This document shows positions 1-11,329 of a stretch of DNA of 32,510 nt, piece after piece. Below the pieces are notes generated by a model that saw only the letters and a list, made by a program, of their open reading frames with translations, was not told where the DNA came from and made no database searches. How positions within the stretch are numbered: the stretch's first letter is position 1; each line of letters opens with the position of its first letter. The translations under genes and the position numbers were made by a program. The stretch is from the NCBI RefSeq assembly GCF_001194135.2, contig NC_069007.1:2060230-2092739 (forward strand), written 5' to 3'. The stretch is from Octopus bimaculoides (taxonomy: Eukaryota).

Positions 1-56
<56 letters not shown>
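1..56. repeat. (AT)n microsatellite
   Basis: Near-perfect AT dinucleotide run with one AC interruption. Confidence 0.95.
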
Positions 57-240
57 TCCCAGAATACAGAATGATGCCCTTTACTGAACATGTTGAGAAA
101 TGCGCAATGCAACTGGTACCACAATTTATAATCTTTCCATTTTATAAATTTGCTATTGGAACACCAACACAAGTTAGATTAAATAAGGAAACGTACTTCA
201 TTGAAAAATATACGCAAAAACATTCTAGCATTTTTAAATA

Positions 241-472
241 CAGGGCTAGGGTTAGGGTTATATATCTGTTACGTGGAAGCAGGGCATGCAGGTCATAGCA
301 GCCAAATTTTTCCTTTTCAGTGAAGAGGTCGTTTACGCGTGGTTGCGACGTCACATTCGTTGAAAGCATGCGAAATAACCTGGAAAAGGAAAAAAAAAAT
401 GCCAGGAAACAAACCTCCGCTGCTGGGAAACTCAGGCATTCCAGGCGACCCAACGGGTCACGGGTAGTCTAG
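241..472 (+). mobile_element. Probable 3' end of a non-autonomous Helitron
   Basis: GACCC-AAC-GGGTC hairpin followed by ACGGGTAGT-CTAG|T (CTAG at 469-472, then T). This is the canonical Helitron 3' architecture. GGGCTAGGGTTAGGGTTA lies at about 243-260. The 5' boundary is not determined. Confidence 0.5.
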
Positions 473-654
473 TTATATATATATACATGCCCATGTGTGT
501 GTGCGTCTGAGTGTTTGTGTGTGTATATAAACTGATCATAAGATAGCCAATCAGCGGAGTCTTACAGAGATATTCAGCAGTAGTACAATAATATTGGCCA
601 ATAGTATATTCCTCGATATGGCATATAAAAGATTTGTAACTTATCAGTTTTAGA

Positions 655-780
655 ATGATATGTATTTATGTATGTATATATATATATATATAAATACACA
701 CATGTATATTTATATATATTTGCTTCTATACATGCATATATATTTATGTATATATGTGTATATATACATATACATACATA

Positions 781-854
<74 letters not shown>

Positions 855-896
855 TATATCTATATGTATATATATATATATATGTACATATATATG

Positions 897-927
<31 letters not shown>

Positions 928-1045
928 GTGCATATATATGTATATATATATATGTATATATATATATATGTATGTATATATACATACATACATGCATATA
1001 TACATACATATATCTTAGAATGTATATATGATATGTATGTATAGT
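655..1045. repeat. Long compound (AT)n/(ATGT)n/(ATAC)n microsatellite
   Basis: About 390 bp of AT dinucleotide with G/C interruptions. It produces the YIYI-type spurious ORFs. Confidence 0.95.
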
Positions 1046-1759
1046 CCTCTCCATGATACCTTTTCAATTCTATATTTGGGTCCTTGTAGCAACAAAGAAT
1101 TCGTTATTTTTTGGGGAGTTTTGTTTTTACTATAGTGAACATTTTTCAAAATGATACTTTGGATGCGAGTAAGAGAGAATTAAGATTTTAGATTTTGTTT
1201 CAATTGTATTACTTGGAAGAAATATATTTTCCTTGTGAAATGCGAAACAAGAGGAACTTTTCAAGAATAGAATGAATTATAATATATTTCATGAAATTGT
1301 GCGAAATATTTTCTAGTAGCATACAATGTCTCTCCATTGAAAAGAATTCTTTTATCAGGAATCTTAGAATATGTCGAAAATATTCTAAAAGACCCCCATT
1401 TACTCCCCAAAATGTGAAAAGATACTCATGCTCATTCATACGATAAATAGTTATATACAAATACATATATACACAAACAAAACTATACATAAATAAACAA
1501 TTGTATAAACCTTTATATAGCAATCTCTCTCTTGCAGTTTCTCCTCTTTCTCTTCTCCCCAACGCATCTCCCTCCCTCTTTCTCTTCCTATCTCTATGTA
1601 TAGCTGTGTATGGGTTTGTGTGTGTGTGTGTGACGATTGTACATGCATCATTGTATGTAAATGTCTATTAACTGCGCGTCTGAATATAGACATATATTTT
1701 ATAATTGCACAACGCTTATATATTTACATGGCGACATATATATATTCACAACAGGCACG

Positions 1760-1909
1760 TACACACACAGACACACACGCTCACACAAACTCAGCGGCAC
1801 ACGCACACACACACACACACACACCATCACACGTACTCATAAAACATTTCAACATCCCAACATGTATTTATCTGCCTATGCATGTACCTGTTTATGGATA
1901 TATACATGC

Positions 1910-1966
<57 letters not shown>

Positions 1967-2030
1967 AACTTATATATACAAATATATATATGTGTGTGTG
2001 TGTGTGTACGTATGTCGTATGTGAATTATT
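1760..2030. repeat. Compound (CA)n/(AT)n/(GT)n microsatellite block
   Basis: Directly visible dinucleotide runs. Confidence 0.9.
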
Positions 2031-2507
2031 ATTATATGTGTAACTCTATCGTTTTTTGTTTACATATTTTTTTTGTTTGCTAATCAAAATAGCTCTTGGA
2101 ATATTTTGTATTACAAGAGGTGTCTCCTACATCTCTATACATTAAGTGCATCCGCGAACAATTCGTTATTGTTTAGACACGACCTCTTCAATTTCAACAT
2201 TTATAAAGGCTTTATTTGAGAAAAATTCTACGAATCTATAGTTGCAGCACTTGTTACGATAACAATACGCGTTCCCGAAATAAGTTAGGTCGTTTAGAAA
2301 TTCATTACAGCAGACTTTACATTGATTATAATCACTTCGATGTGGTATTATTATCAATAGCGTTGACATATTTACGCAGTTTTAAAAGGAAATAACAAGA
2401 ATAGCGAAGTACAGGGAAAAAAAAAAAAAAAAGCAGGTGAGAAAAGAAAATATTCTGTTTTGAAATGTGTATCAGACTTCGCTAAACTTAGCTGAAATAA
2501 ACCAACA

Positions 2508-2545
2508 CGTAGTAGTAGTAGTGGTAGTAGTAGTAGTAGTAGTAG
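2508..2545. repeat. (AGT)n trinucleotide repeat, likely the tail of the adjacent SINE
   Basis: About 12 AGT units abutting the 3' end of a minus-strand family A copy. Confidence 0.85.
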
Positions 2546-2548
2546 CTG

Positions 2549-2730
2549 TTTCAAATTTGGCACAGGGCGAGCAATTTCGTGGAGAAGTGGAAGTCGACTA
2601 CTTCCATCTCAGTACTTTCTCTGCCCGAAAATGCTGAAAGACAGACGTGAGCTGTCAGAATTGTTAGCGGCACTTGCGATTTACCTCACTACTGAAATTG
2701 CCGGCCTTGCGCCAAAATTCGAAATTACTA
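2549..2730. mobile_element. Rearranged family A SINE pair: minus-strand 3' half plus an internally deleted plus-strand copy
   Basis: 2549-2578 TTTCAAATTTGGCACAGGGCGAGCAATTTC is the inverted counterpart of 2694-2723 GAAATTGCCGGCCTTGCGCCAAAATTCGAAA. The head motif GTGAGCTGTCAGAATTGTTAGC at about 2648-2668 is joined almost directly to the 3' end. Confidence 0.7.
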
Positions 2731-2991
2731 TAATGAGACAATAACTCTAATATACATGAATAGTTTCGAAGAGCTAAACAAGTTAAAAAGTATTGTGATG
2801 ATCGAGAATGGAGAAGAATTCCAAGAATCTTCTGATGTTATATGGGTATCGCAAACCCGAAAAGCCACACCACCGGATACGCGAAATCCAAAGAATGTTA
2901 CACAGAATATTCAAAAGATTCGCTTTTTGGCTGAAAACGATAATGTTCACTGGTGCGTTAGATTTGTGTTATAAATGTAATCAATAGTCTA

Positions 2992-3227
2992 TCTTATTTC
3001 TTTATTGCCCACAAGGGGCTAAACATAGAGGGGACAAACAAGGACAGACAGATGGACTAAGTCGATCACATCGACGCCAGTGCGTAATTGGTACTTAATT
3101 TATCGATCACGCAAGGATGAAATGCAAAGTCGATCTCGGCGGAATTTGAACTCAGAACGTAACGGCAGACGAAATGCTGCTAAGCATTTCGCCTGGTTTG
3201 CTAACGTTTCTGCCAGCTCACCTCCGT
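2992..3227 (-). mobile_element. tRNA-derived SINE, family A (variant 3' tail)
   Basis: The reverse complement has the head GGTGAGCTGGCAGAAACGTTAGC, B-box-like TTCTGAGTTCAAATTCCGCCGAG and the GTCGAT..GTCGAT core shared with the other copies, and ends in a GGGCAATAAAGAAATAAGA tail. Confidence 0.85.
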
Positions 3228-3556
3228 TTCTGAAGACTAATGTCTCAGCTGTTATAACATAATGTATTACATTTCTGAATCTTCCTATATACATACACAT
3301 CCAAAACTCACAAGCTTCCATACACATGCATATATACACATACACATACATGTGTGTGTCTGTGTTTATTGCTTAATTGTGTGTGTTATTCTGTTACTTT
3401 TTCTAGAATAAGATCAGCCTTCATTAAGCAAACTCATAATAATCCCCATTCCAACAATGACCACAACTTTCACGTAATCTGATTTGTGTTCTTCCTTCAG
3501 AAAACGGGAAGACTGTGATTTCAATGTTTGAAAACTAAAAAGACCAGGTCATTTAC

Positions 3557-3804
3557 CCTCGAAAAAAGGTCTCCTGTAGATCATTATATCCGTTTAACTG
3601 TAGCATGTCTATTATTCTGAAGTTTCTAAATAACATTATACAGTCGATCAGACATTTCAGTATTACACAAGATTGCTTAATTCCATAGTCAGGGCCTGTT
3701 AAACTTGACAGGCGAAAGAAAGCTATGTGGCTAACGTGAGACGAAACACGAAACACATACTGGATTCTGCTAAAACCACTCGGTGTAAGTATAGTTAACT
3801 CTGC
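3557..3804 (-). CDS. Candidate internal exon of unknown gene (AELTILTPSGFSRIQYVFRV...DLQETFFR)
   Basis: Strong acceptor GTCTTTCCTTGTATTTCAG|GC and donor CGAGG|GTAAAT bound 248 nt. Only one frame stays open across it (82 codons, phase 0 to 2). No homology recognised. Confidence 0.3.
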
Positions 3805-4094
3805 CTGAAATACAAGGAAAGACACGAGTTTGGGTAGGCTGCCGCAATGATTCCATCAACCAGAGAGTTTTCCAAAGGAGTTCAATCGAACCGGGGTAAG
3901 ATCTATAATAGAATACATAATTTGCCATCGAACCTTTATCTACTTGTATGCAGCCGAATTTTTTTTATCCAGGCAAAAAAAATCAGTGTGGACCCATTCT
4001 TTAGAATACAAATCCCAGTAGGTATTAGATTGTGGTTATAATAACTTAATCCCATCGAATACCTAAAAGAGCAGGAATTTGCGCTTTAACACTG

Positions 4095-4296
4095 CTTTCA
4101 CATTTTGGTACAGGACCAGGTGATAAGAATTGTCGACTACTTTCACCACAGTACTCCACAGGTACTTACAGTATCAGTTCCAATAGGAAGAAAAGGAAAG
4201 CTGACTTCGGCGGCATTTGAACTCAAAACGAAAAGACTGGCGAAATGCTGCAAAGTATTTTTGTCCGGCGTGCTAACTATTCTGCCGGATTGCCTT
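4095..4296 (-). mobile_element. Family A SINE, old copy 1 of a tandem pair
   Basis: GGCGGCATTTGAACTC (B-box region) and GGCGTGCTAACTATTCTGCC (head) match the other family A copies. Diverged. Confidence 0.75.
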
Positions 4297-4311
4297 AAAA
4301 ATCCTAAACCA

Positions 4312-4530
4312 AATATTAGCTTCAAATTTTGGCAATATTTTCGCATTTCAGGTGAATGGGTTAGTCGATTACATCGACCCCAATGCTCAATTGATACTTA
4401 TCTTATCAACCCCGAAATGATCAGTGTCAAAGTCGGCCTCGGAAGCATGTAAACAGAGTACGTAAAGACGGACGAAACACCACTAAGAATTCGGTCCACT
4501 GTGCTGATATTTTTGGCGGCTTGGCGCCTT
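4312..4530 (-). mobile_element. Family A SINE, old copy 2 of a tandem pair
   Basis: TTCAAATTTTGGC, AGTCGATTACATCGACCCC and CGTAAAGACGGACGAAA motifs match family A. Confidence 0.75.
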
Positions 4531-5157
4531 AATCCTAAACTTAATATTATTGCTTGAAAATATTACATCTCAAAATAATAAATTTACTGATGGATAATGG
4601 ATAAAATATTTAGCAGACACAATATTTTCTCTTCAGTCCACGGTTATTGTTGGAATGCATTTATAATATTTGCAACTATAAGAAAATTTAGAATTTTCCA
4701 CAGGTGTTAAATTAATAATGGTATTTTAGGTTTTCTGAAAAGTTTTTTTTTCTTCTCCATGCAATATAGATGTGTTATGTTCCTTAAATACACTTACATC
4801 CCCCCAACTGTTTTCGTTAAGGGCGACGAGAGAATATCAAAAAATAAGTTTTCTTGATGTACAAATTTACGTAGAAATAAAGTATGAATAAATACATACA
4901 TAAATATATAGATGAATAAGATAACGTGAAATGAATGGAAATATAAGAAATATATTGATTGAGATGAATATATGTGGACACCTACTGTTATTTTTGTAGG
5001 AAATCGGATCAAAGTAGCAGCAGGAAATACAAAAATATTATCTTCACAATAAACATGTTCTGCTGCTGTTTCTTGGCGTTTATTTTATATCATTTTATAT
5101 TCATTTTCACGTTTATTTTTGCGAACATCTTGGCGCTGGTAATTGTCATTGCTACGT

Positions 5158-5159
<2 letters not shown>

Positions 5160-5245
<86 letters not shown>

Positions 5246-5250
5246 CACAC
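5160..5250. repeat. (AT)n-(GA)n-(CA)n microsatellite
   Basis: Directly visible. Confidence 0.9.
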
Positions 5251-5282
5251 ACACATATACATGTATATATATGTATGTTTAT

Positions 5283-5365
5283 ATATGGCTGTTTATAAAT
5301 AAATATATACGTTGTGTGCCTTGTGCAAGTGTATATACATATGTTTTTGTGTGTATTTAATGCAG

Positions 5366-5422
<57 letters not shown>

Positions 5423-5515
5423 TATATATGACTGTTTATAAATATATACGTTGTCTGTGTGCCTTTGCAGGTGTATACACCTATGTTTTTGTGTGTATTT
5501 AATGCAATAATATAT
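5283..5515. repeat. Local direct duplication (two units of about 85 bp separated by a microsatellite)
   Basis: CTGTTTATAAAT..ATATACGTTG..GTGCC..TGCA.GTGTATA.AC.TATGTTTTTGTGTGTATTTAATGCA occurs at about 5289-5364 and again at about 5432-5506. Confidence 0.85.
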
Positions 5516-6077
5516 ATATACGCAACCAATATATTTAGCTATACACCAATGTTTAATTATGTGGCTCACATAAGCGTTTTGTTTTGTATCTTTTTTCTTT
5601 CTTTTTTTTATTTTTTTTTGTTAACCGCCATAGTAGAAAATCGAACTCACACGAGTTGACCTTCGTCAGAAACAGCTGCCTTACTGAACGTTACCAATAG
5701 AAATATAAACTATTCGGCGTCTGCTTCGGCTGCAAAGCAAACCATCTTTTTACAAAGTGAGCTCCAACGTGAAGATTGTTCATTTAACATATTTGAAATG
5801 GCAATCTGCGTATAAAATAATTCATATCGGTATTTTCAATACAGGAAATTGTTCATGTATATATTGAGATAAATAATGAGCTGAAAAGGGAAGAGTGAGA
5901 TATCAGTGTTTATATCTGAATATTGATATTGGAAGATATTTTATATTCGAATAATTAAAACACCAACATGCATTTCGAAATGAATATATGTATGTATGTA
6001 TGGCTGGATGGATGGATGGATGGGGGAGGTAGGCAGTGTTGCATTGATGGGTGGAGACATGTATGTACGTATATATA

Positions 6078-6234
6078 CGACGGGCTTCTTCCTGTTTTCC
6101 ACTTCCTGATCCCCACACAAGTTTTGGTTGGCCCGAACATTTGGAAGAGGACACTTGCCCAAGGTACGACGCAGTGGGACTGAACTCGGAGCGATGTGGT
6201 CGAGTAGCAATCTTATTACGACGCAGCAACGCCT
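6078..6234 (-). mobile_element. tRNA-derived SINE, family B (head half)
   Basis: CGACGGGCTTCTT...GACACTTGCCCAAGGTACGACGCAGTGGGACTGAAC. The same motifs occur at 19160-19200, 25441-25500 and 30605-30692. Confidence 0.8.
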
Positions 6235-6645
6235 ATATGTACGTATAGGGGGCAAATAGAGACACAGAGACACTTACACACACAGACACAATCAGACACA
6301 CGCATGCATATATATTCCTCTCTGTTTCTCTCTTTTTTTCTCTCTCTCTCGCATATATATATATATATATACATGTTATTTTATCAAAGCCAAAATAAAT
6401 TCTTCAAATATCGTTGACAAGTTTTGCTCTTAGCGCGATCAACGAGAAAGTCAGATGATTTCGGACATCGTGTGCCTTTTGGACAACGACTATTCATTAC
6501 ATAGCATCGGGCTTATGAACTATCTACCTACTATAATTTTGATATATAAATGGCGATTCCAATTAAATACTGTTTTATATGCATTTATCATGTTTCCATA
6601 CGCAACGTCTGGGTACATTTTGCTCGTTGTTTCCTGTATAGGAGC

Positions 6646-6866
6646 AAGGCGTTGAGCTGGCAGAAATATTAGCACACCGGGCGAAATGTTTAGCGATATT
6701 TCGTCTGTCTTTATGCTATTTGAGTTCAAATTCCGCCGAGTGCGACTTTGTCTTTCATCCTTTCTGTGTCGAAAAATGAAGTACCAGTTGTATAATTGGG
6801 TCGATCTAATCGAATGGCCCCTACTCGCCAAAATTTCGGACCTTGTGCTTAGAGTAGGAAAGTATT
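6646..6866 (+). mobile_element. Family A SINE, near full length
   Basis: GGCGTTGAGCTGGCAGAAATATTAGCACACCGGGCGAAATG (A-box region), TTTGAGTTCAAATTCCGCCGAG (B-box), GGGTCGATCTAATCGA core and CCTTGTGC 3' end. Confidence 0.9.
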
Positions 6867-7073
6867 TTGCAGTATAGGAGTTTTGAAATCTTTTGTCCGT
6901 TTGTAGGCGGCTGCAAGTACTCTCCAACGTAAAGGTGCAATAAGAGTGAAACGTTAAATGCAATTAAATTCGTTGAGTACGAGGGCGTTCTGCAGGATAG
7001 TGGGGAGAAGGGACAGGAGTCAGTGTTTGTCCGAGTCGAAGCTCGCTGGCTTAACCACCGTGCAAATGCACCT

Positions 7074-7115
<42 letters not shown>

Positions 7116-7417
7116 TACGTTGTCGCATGCAACGATCGTACAGCATTAATTTTGGATATACTTGTTGCTTATTTTGATTTTAATCACATTATTATGAAAC
7201 TGTATGGATAATACCATACTAAATTCTGATGCATAAACTTAAGTACCATATTCACCTGAATATATATATACATACACTCTCTCTCTCTTTCCTTTCCCGA
7301 GCGTCCAATAACACTATCCTTATCACGTCCTCACTTGGTTTTTTTGTTATTGTTTTTTGTGTTTTTTGAACCTATATATATATATATATAATTATTGCAC
7401 ATACACACACAGGCTCG

Positions 7418-7457
<40 letters not shown>

Positions 7458-8559
7458 TACACTATCAGTAGGAACAATACACTGTTATTTATGTTGGTGG
7501 TGGTGCCGCTGATGTTGTTCTTTGCATTGTTGTTTATTTTTGTCTTCTTATGATCATAACAATGTAGATAATACATTAATGATCAGCGACAAGTGATGAA
7601 TGGAAAGTAGCTACATACCTTTCGCTAGAGTCCAACTGTTATCGAAATAATGTTTTTTTATTTGATATGTTTGCATAGATTGTGAAATTGAAAACAACAT
7701 TATTTTCTCTCTGTTTTTGTGTAAACATATTTCACTTCTTGTCCCGTAAAACATCAGACAAAAATATTTATACATATACATATATTCAACAAACACATAC
7801 ACACTCGCATATACATATCCTGACAAATCCCACACGCGCACATATACATTCATACATACATACATACATACGTATGTATGTTGTTTTTTAGTAACACAGA
7901 AAAAAAAAAGAACATGGCATTTGTGCTTGTTCTCTTTCTGCCACGAAACCACGAACTCATTATATATTTAGATAATTGTGCGCGCACTCGTACATCTGTG
8001 TGTATGTGAGTCAGTGATTGTATATCTAACTATGGATGCCGGAATGCATTTAACTATATCAATGCATGAATAGATATATGTAAACATCGTTCATTTCATC
8101 AAACTCTGTTGGAAAACAGTGCAAATCAGATGTACTTCCAGCCCGTGTGTGTCTATACATGCTATACTGTATTGCTTTCAATATCATCATTTAACACGGA
8201 TATCATTTATAACTAATGAGCAGAGAATACTGCTGCTTTAAATGTAAACACTTCCTGTTGTTTTCTTACTAAAGACCGTATTACTCTGATGCAGATATAA
8301 TGATCCTATCAACAATAAGTACTATAATGGCAACATTATATAAAGTTCATGTGGGTGTCTACACACAAGCAAACACATGCGCATACACACACACAGAGAA
8401 ATATATTCACATATATGTACATGAGCGTATGTATATGCATGTATATTGTTTTTGTGATCCAAAGGGAAACTAGAACTGCAAAGAATGAGTGTATATTTAT
8501 CCTTTATAATCAACAGTTGCAGAGTGACACAATGGCAAACAGTCGTGTGTATCGCAATT

Positions 8560-8749
8560 GTCTCTTATCCATGTGAATATACATACATACATACATACAT
8601 ACACATACACACAAACACATACTTATGCGTAGACACATCTATACATATATTTCTAGACAGATGGATAGGTAGATAAAGGTATAGATATAAGTGTAGATTT
8701 ACATATAAATGAGTGCGTAATTGTCTGTATATGTATGTAGACGCATATG

Positions 8750-8782
<33 letters not shown>

Positions 8783-8915
8783 TAATGTATATATGTGTAT
8801 GTGTGCGTGTGAACATATATATATATATATATAACATATATATATAATCCAGCAAAGCCAATATATATATATATATAACATATATATATAATCCAGCAAA
8901 GCGAATACATAAACG
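8560..8915. repeat. Compound microsatellite containing a direct repeat of about 40 bp
   Basis: ATATATATAACATATATATATAATCCAGCAAAGC occurs twice in tandem (about 8824-8858 and 8867-8902). Confidence 0.85.
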
Positions 8916-9525
8916 TATATATGTCTGTTATAATTCATGGACGCGCTTAGCGGCGTGGATTACTCCAATCAGGTTTTGCCACTTATTGTTAATTGCTTTA
9001 ATATCCCACCGTTGCGTGTTCAACGGGACCCTGCACACTGAAATGAGGGTTAGAATGCAATATAAGAGCACATCAAAAGAAACGGACGAAAGATCATCGG
9101 TTTGAATGTTGTACTCCTGTATTTCATCTTTTACATTTACTTCACTAACGTATGCTATCGTACTATGGATGGAATCGATAGATACACCTCATGTAAGCAT
9201 CATACCTAAACAAACACATCGTTAGTCAGAAAAACGGGAAGTCACAAACATACAGCAACCGAAGTAATTACCCGAGGGATACAAGGCTGAAAATTGCGTG
9301 ATAGCCGGACAAAAGGCCATGGCCACAAACCCCCAAAGGTAAACAGTGTTAGTATTAATCGTCGTGTATCGCTGACCGGGAGATAGATGTTCGTTACATG
9401 GCCTTTCTAGAGGGGAGACGGGTGAGCTTGCATACGACGCATAGGGTAGACAGAATGGTCACTTTCATGCCATAAACAAACATAGTTGGTGTTTGTAGCG
9501 TCTGTAACGATAGATACGTTCGACT

Positions 9526-9539
9526 ACTTACTTACTTAC

Positions 9540-9586
<47 letters not shown>
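9526..9586. repeat. (CTTA)n-(CA)n microsatellite
   Basis: Directly visible. Confidence 0.9.
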
Positions 9587-9587
<1 letters not shown>

Positions 9588-9645
9588 ACAGTTCGAATAT
9601 ATACCTATTAATACGTTTATTCCAACGCCCGCCAGCGCCCGGGGT

Positions 9646-10043
9646 ATAAAATCTCTCAACGTACATTTAAGTATAAGGACTCACGTGGACCGGTTACTGT
9701 ACCCGCAAATGCTCGTATCGAAATCTACGTTGTAACTGATTCGTTTTGCGCCGAATTCAAATTAAAGTCATCAGTGAAAAATATATTCTCTATACAGGAG
9801 CAAACAACTCGCGAGAAAAGCTATAATTCTTGAAAATTAATTTGCTAAGATATTATTAATCTTATTATCATCCGGAATGAGATTGACTATTTCTGAAAAA
9901 ATTATAATAACAGAATTCATAATATAGGCGATGCCAGGCCCAAGAAAAGCATTAACATTTTTTTAATTGATTTATTTATTTTGCCAGTACAGAAACCGGT
10001 CCACGTGAGTCCATATACTTAAATGTACGTTGAGAGATTTTAT
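9646..10043. mobile_element. MITE-like element with 57-bp terminal inverted repeats
   Basis: 9646-9702 is the reverse complement of 9987-10043 with 2 mismatches in 57 bp. The interior is about 285 bp, AT-rich and non-coding. No clear TSD. Confidence 0.75.
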
Positions 10044-10164
10044 TAACCTAATCTGCTTTCGTTTGATTTCTCTGGTTATCATCAGTTTAATTTTGGCGAT
10101 TTAAATAAGAGCTTTGACTGTTATTTCCAACAGGCAGACATACTCAGTATGTCCTTTGATTAAT

Positions 10165-10195
<31 letters not shown>

Positions 10196-10196
10196 G

Positions 10197-10300
10197 CGAC
10201 AAGTTTCCACACAGGTTACTTCTACTCACAAGGCATTTGTCGACCTGGGTATATTATAAAAGACCCTTACTGGAGATGCCGAGCAGAGGGCATGAGCCTA
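10197..10300 (-). mobile_element. Degraded family B SINE fragment
   Basis: CTACTCACAAGGCATTTGTCGACCTGGG..ATAAAAGACCCTT..GATGCCGAGCAG resembles the family B head half. Confidence 0.55.
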
Positions 10301-11329
10301 AAAGGAGGTATCTGTATAGCTTATTACCCACGCTAATATATCATCCATATATATATGTGTATGCGTGTGATACACACCTACATACACGATGCTCACATAC
10401 ACGTGAGCGAGTGTGTGTACGTAATATTGTCATTTTATATGTTCTCGTAGATATGCACTTCATTGTAAATAATTGTAGTTATACTATTTCGAATTTGTTT
10501 TTCTCGTTATTCTCCAGAAGATTCTCGCGTATAATGAACTCCTCAGAGCTGTTTTGTTCTCGCATCTTTTCCATGACGTTGAGTTTCGAGAACTTAGTGT
10601 CACATAACTTTCGAATTAATGTATTTTCTTTGTCTGAATTCCGTTTCAATCTTTCATTTCCAGGCTAACCAGGACACCTTTATGACTCATTTACAGTCGT
10701 TTGCATTTTTTATGAGATATTCTACATAGACGAACAGCATTCACCGTTGGGATAAGGACATATATTTATCGAATTTCCATTTCATCAAGGCTTTTAAGCT
10801 CGCGAGAAAATATTCCTTTGTCACGGAGGAACAAGTTACGATAGAAAAGACATCCAGTGCTGAATTATTTAAACACGCTACTGGGGAAATATATTATAGA
10901 ACGTGCGTCAAGAGAACATGGTTAATGAGGGGAATTTCATATATCGTAATTTAGAACAAAAGATTTAATGAATTTAATGCAAAATAGTATGTTGGTATCG
11001 ATTGTTATTGAATTATTCATAGAAAAGGGACGACTGTTGTATAACATGATTCATTTTAAATAATCGCATTCTAATTTTCCCTGAAGGATATCATATATTT
11101 CGCTGCTTAATGAGGAATTGAATTACAAATATTACATCTCGTTTTTCAATAACATAGAGCAAGAGTTAAGAACGTTACAAATGTCGCATTATAAATCACC
11201 AGTTGAGGTTATTTTAAAATACACTGCATCTGGATAGACTCGAGGGATATTTTTCCATCCATAAGTAAGAAGGAATTTATACTGGAATGGAAATACATGC
11301 AATTGTTCAAAGCCTTTTGTATACAGTGG

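Noticed and set aside
243-260. TTAGGG-like repeats as an interstitial telomere
   Set aside because: Only about 3 imperfect units, more simply part of the repeat element.
660-1067. ORFs of [16 protein letters not shown] type here and throughout the window
   Set aside because: They are translations of dinucleotide microsatellites or run through N gaps, and are not genes.
4974-5160. Hydrophobic frame resembling a GPCR TM6 after a good acceptor at 4999
   Set aside because: T-rich DNA gives F/I/L runs by default, there is no partner exon, and the frame runs into (AT)n.
7020-7075. tRNA-like A and B boxes on the minus strand
   Set aside because: The box spacing is only about 10 nt and there is no cloverleaf.
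7619-8316. Micro-exon-like GT/AG pairs near 7620 and 8270-8305 (also near 27225)
   Set aside because: Such short pairs occur readily by chance and have no independent support.
10750-10885. Minus-strand ACLNNSALDVFSIV resembling GPCR TM7, and a TGEIY peptide shared with the 19356 candidate
   Set aside because: There is no NPxxY motif or upstream helices, both strands are open in the same register, and the shared 15-mer is best explained by chance.
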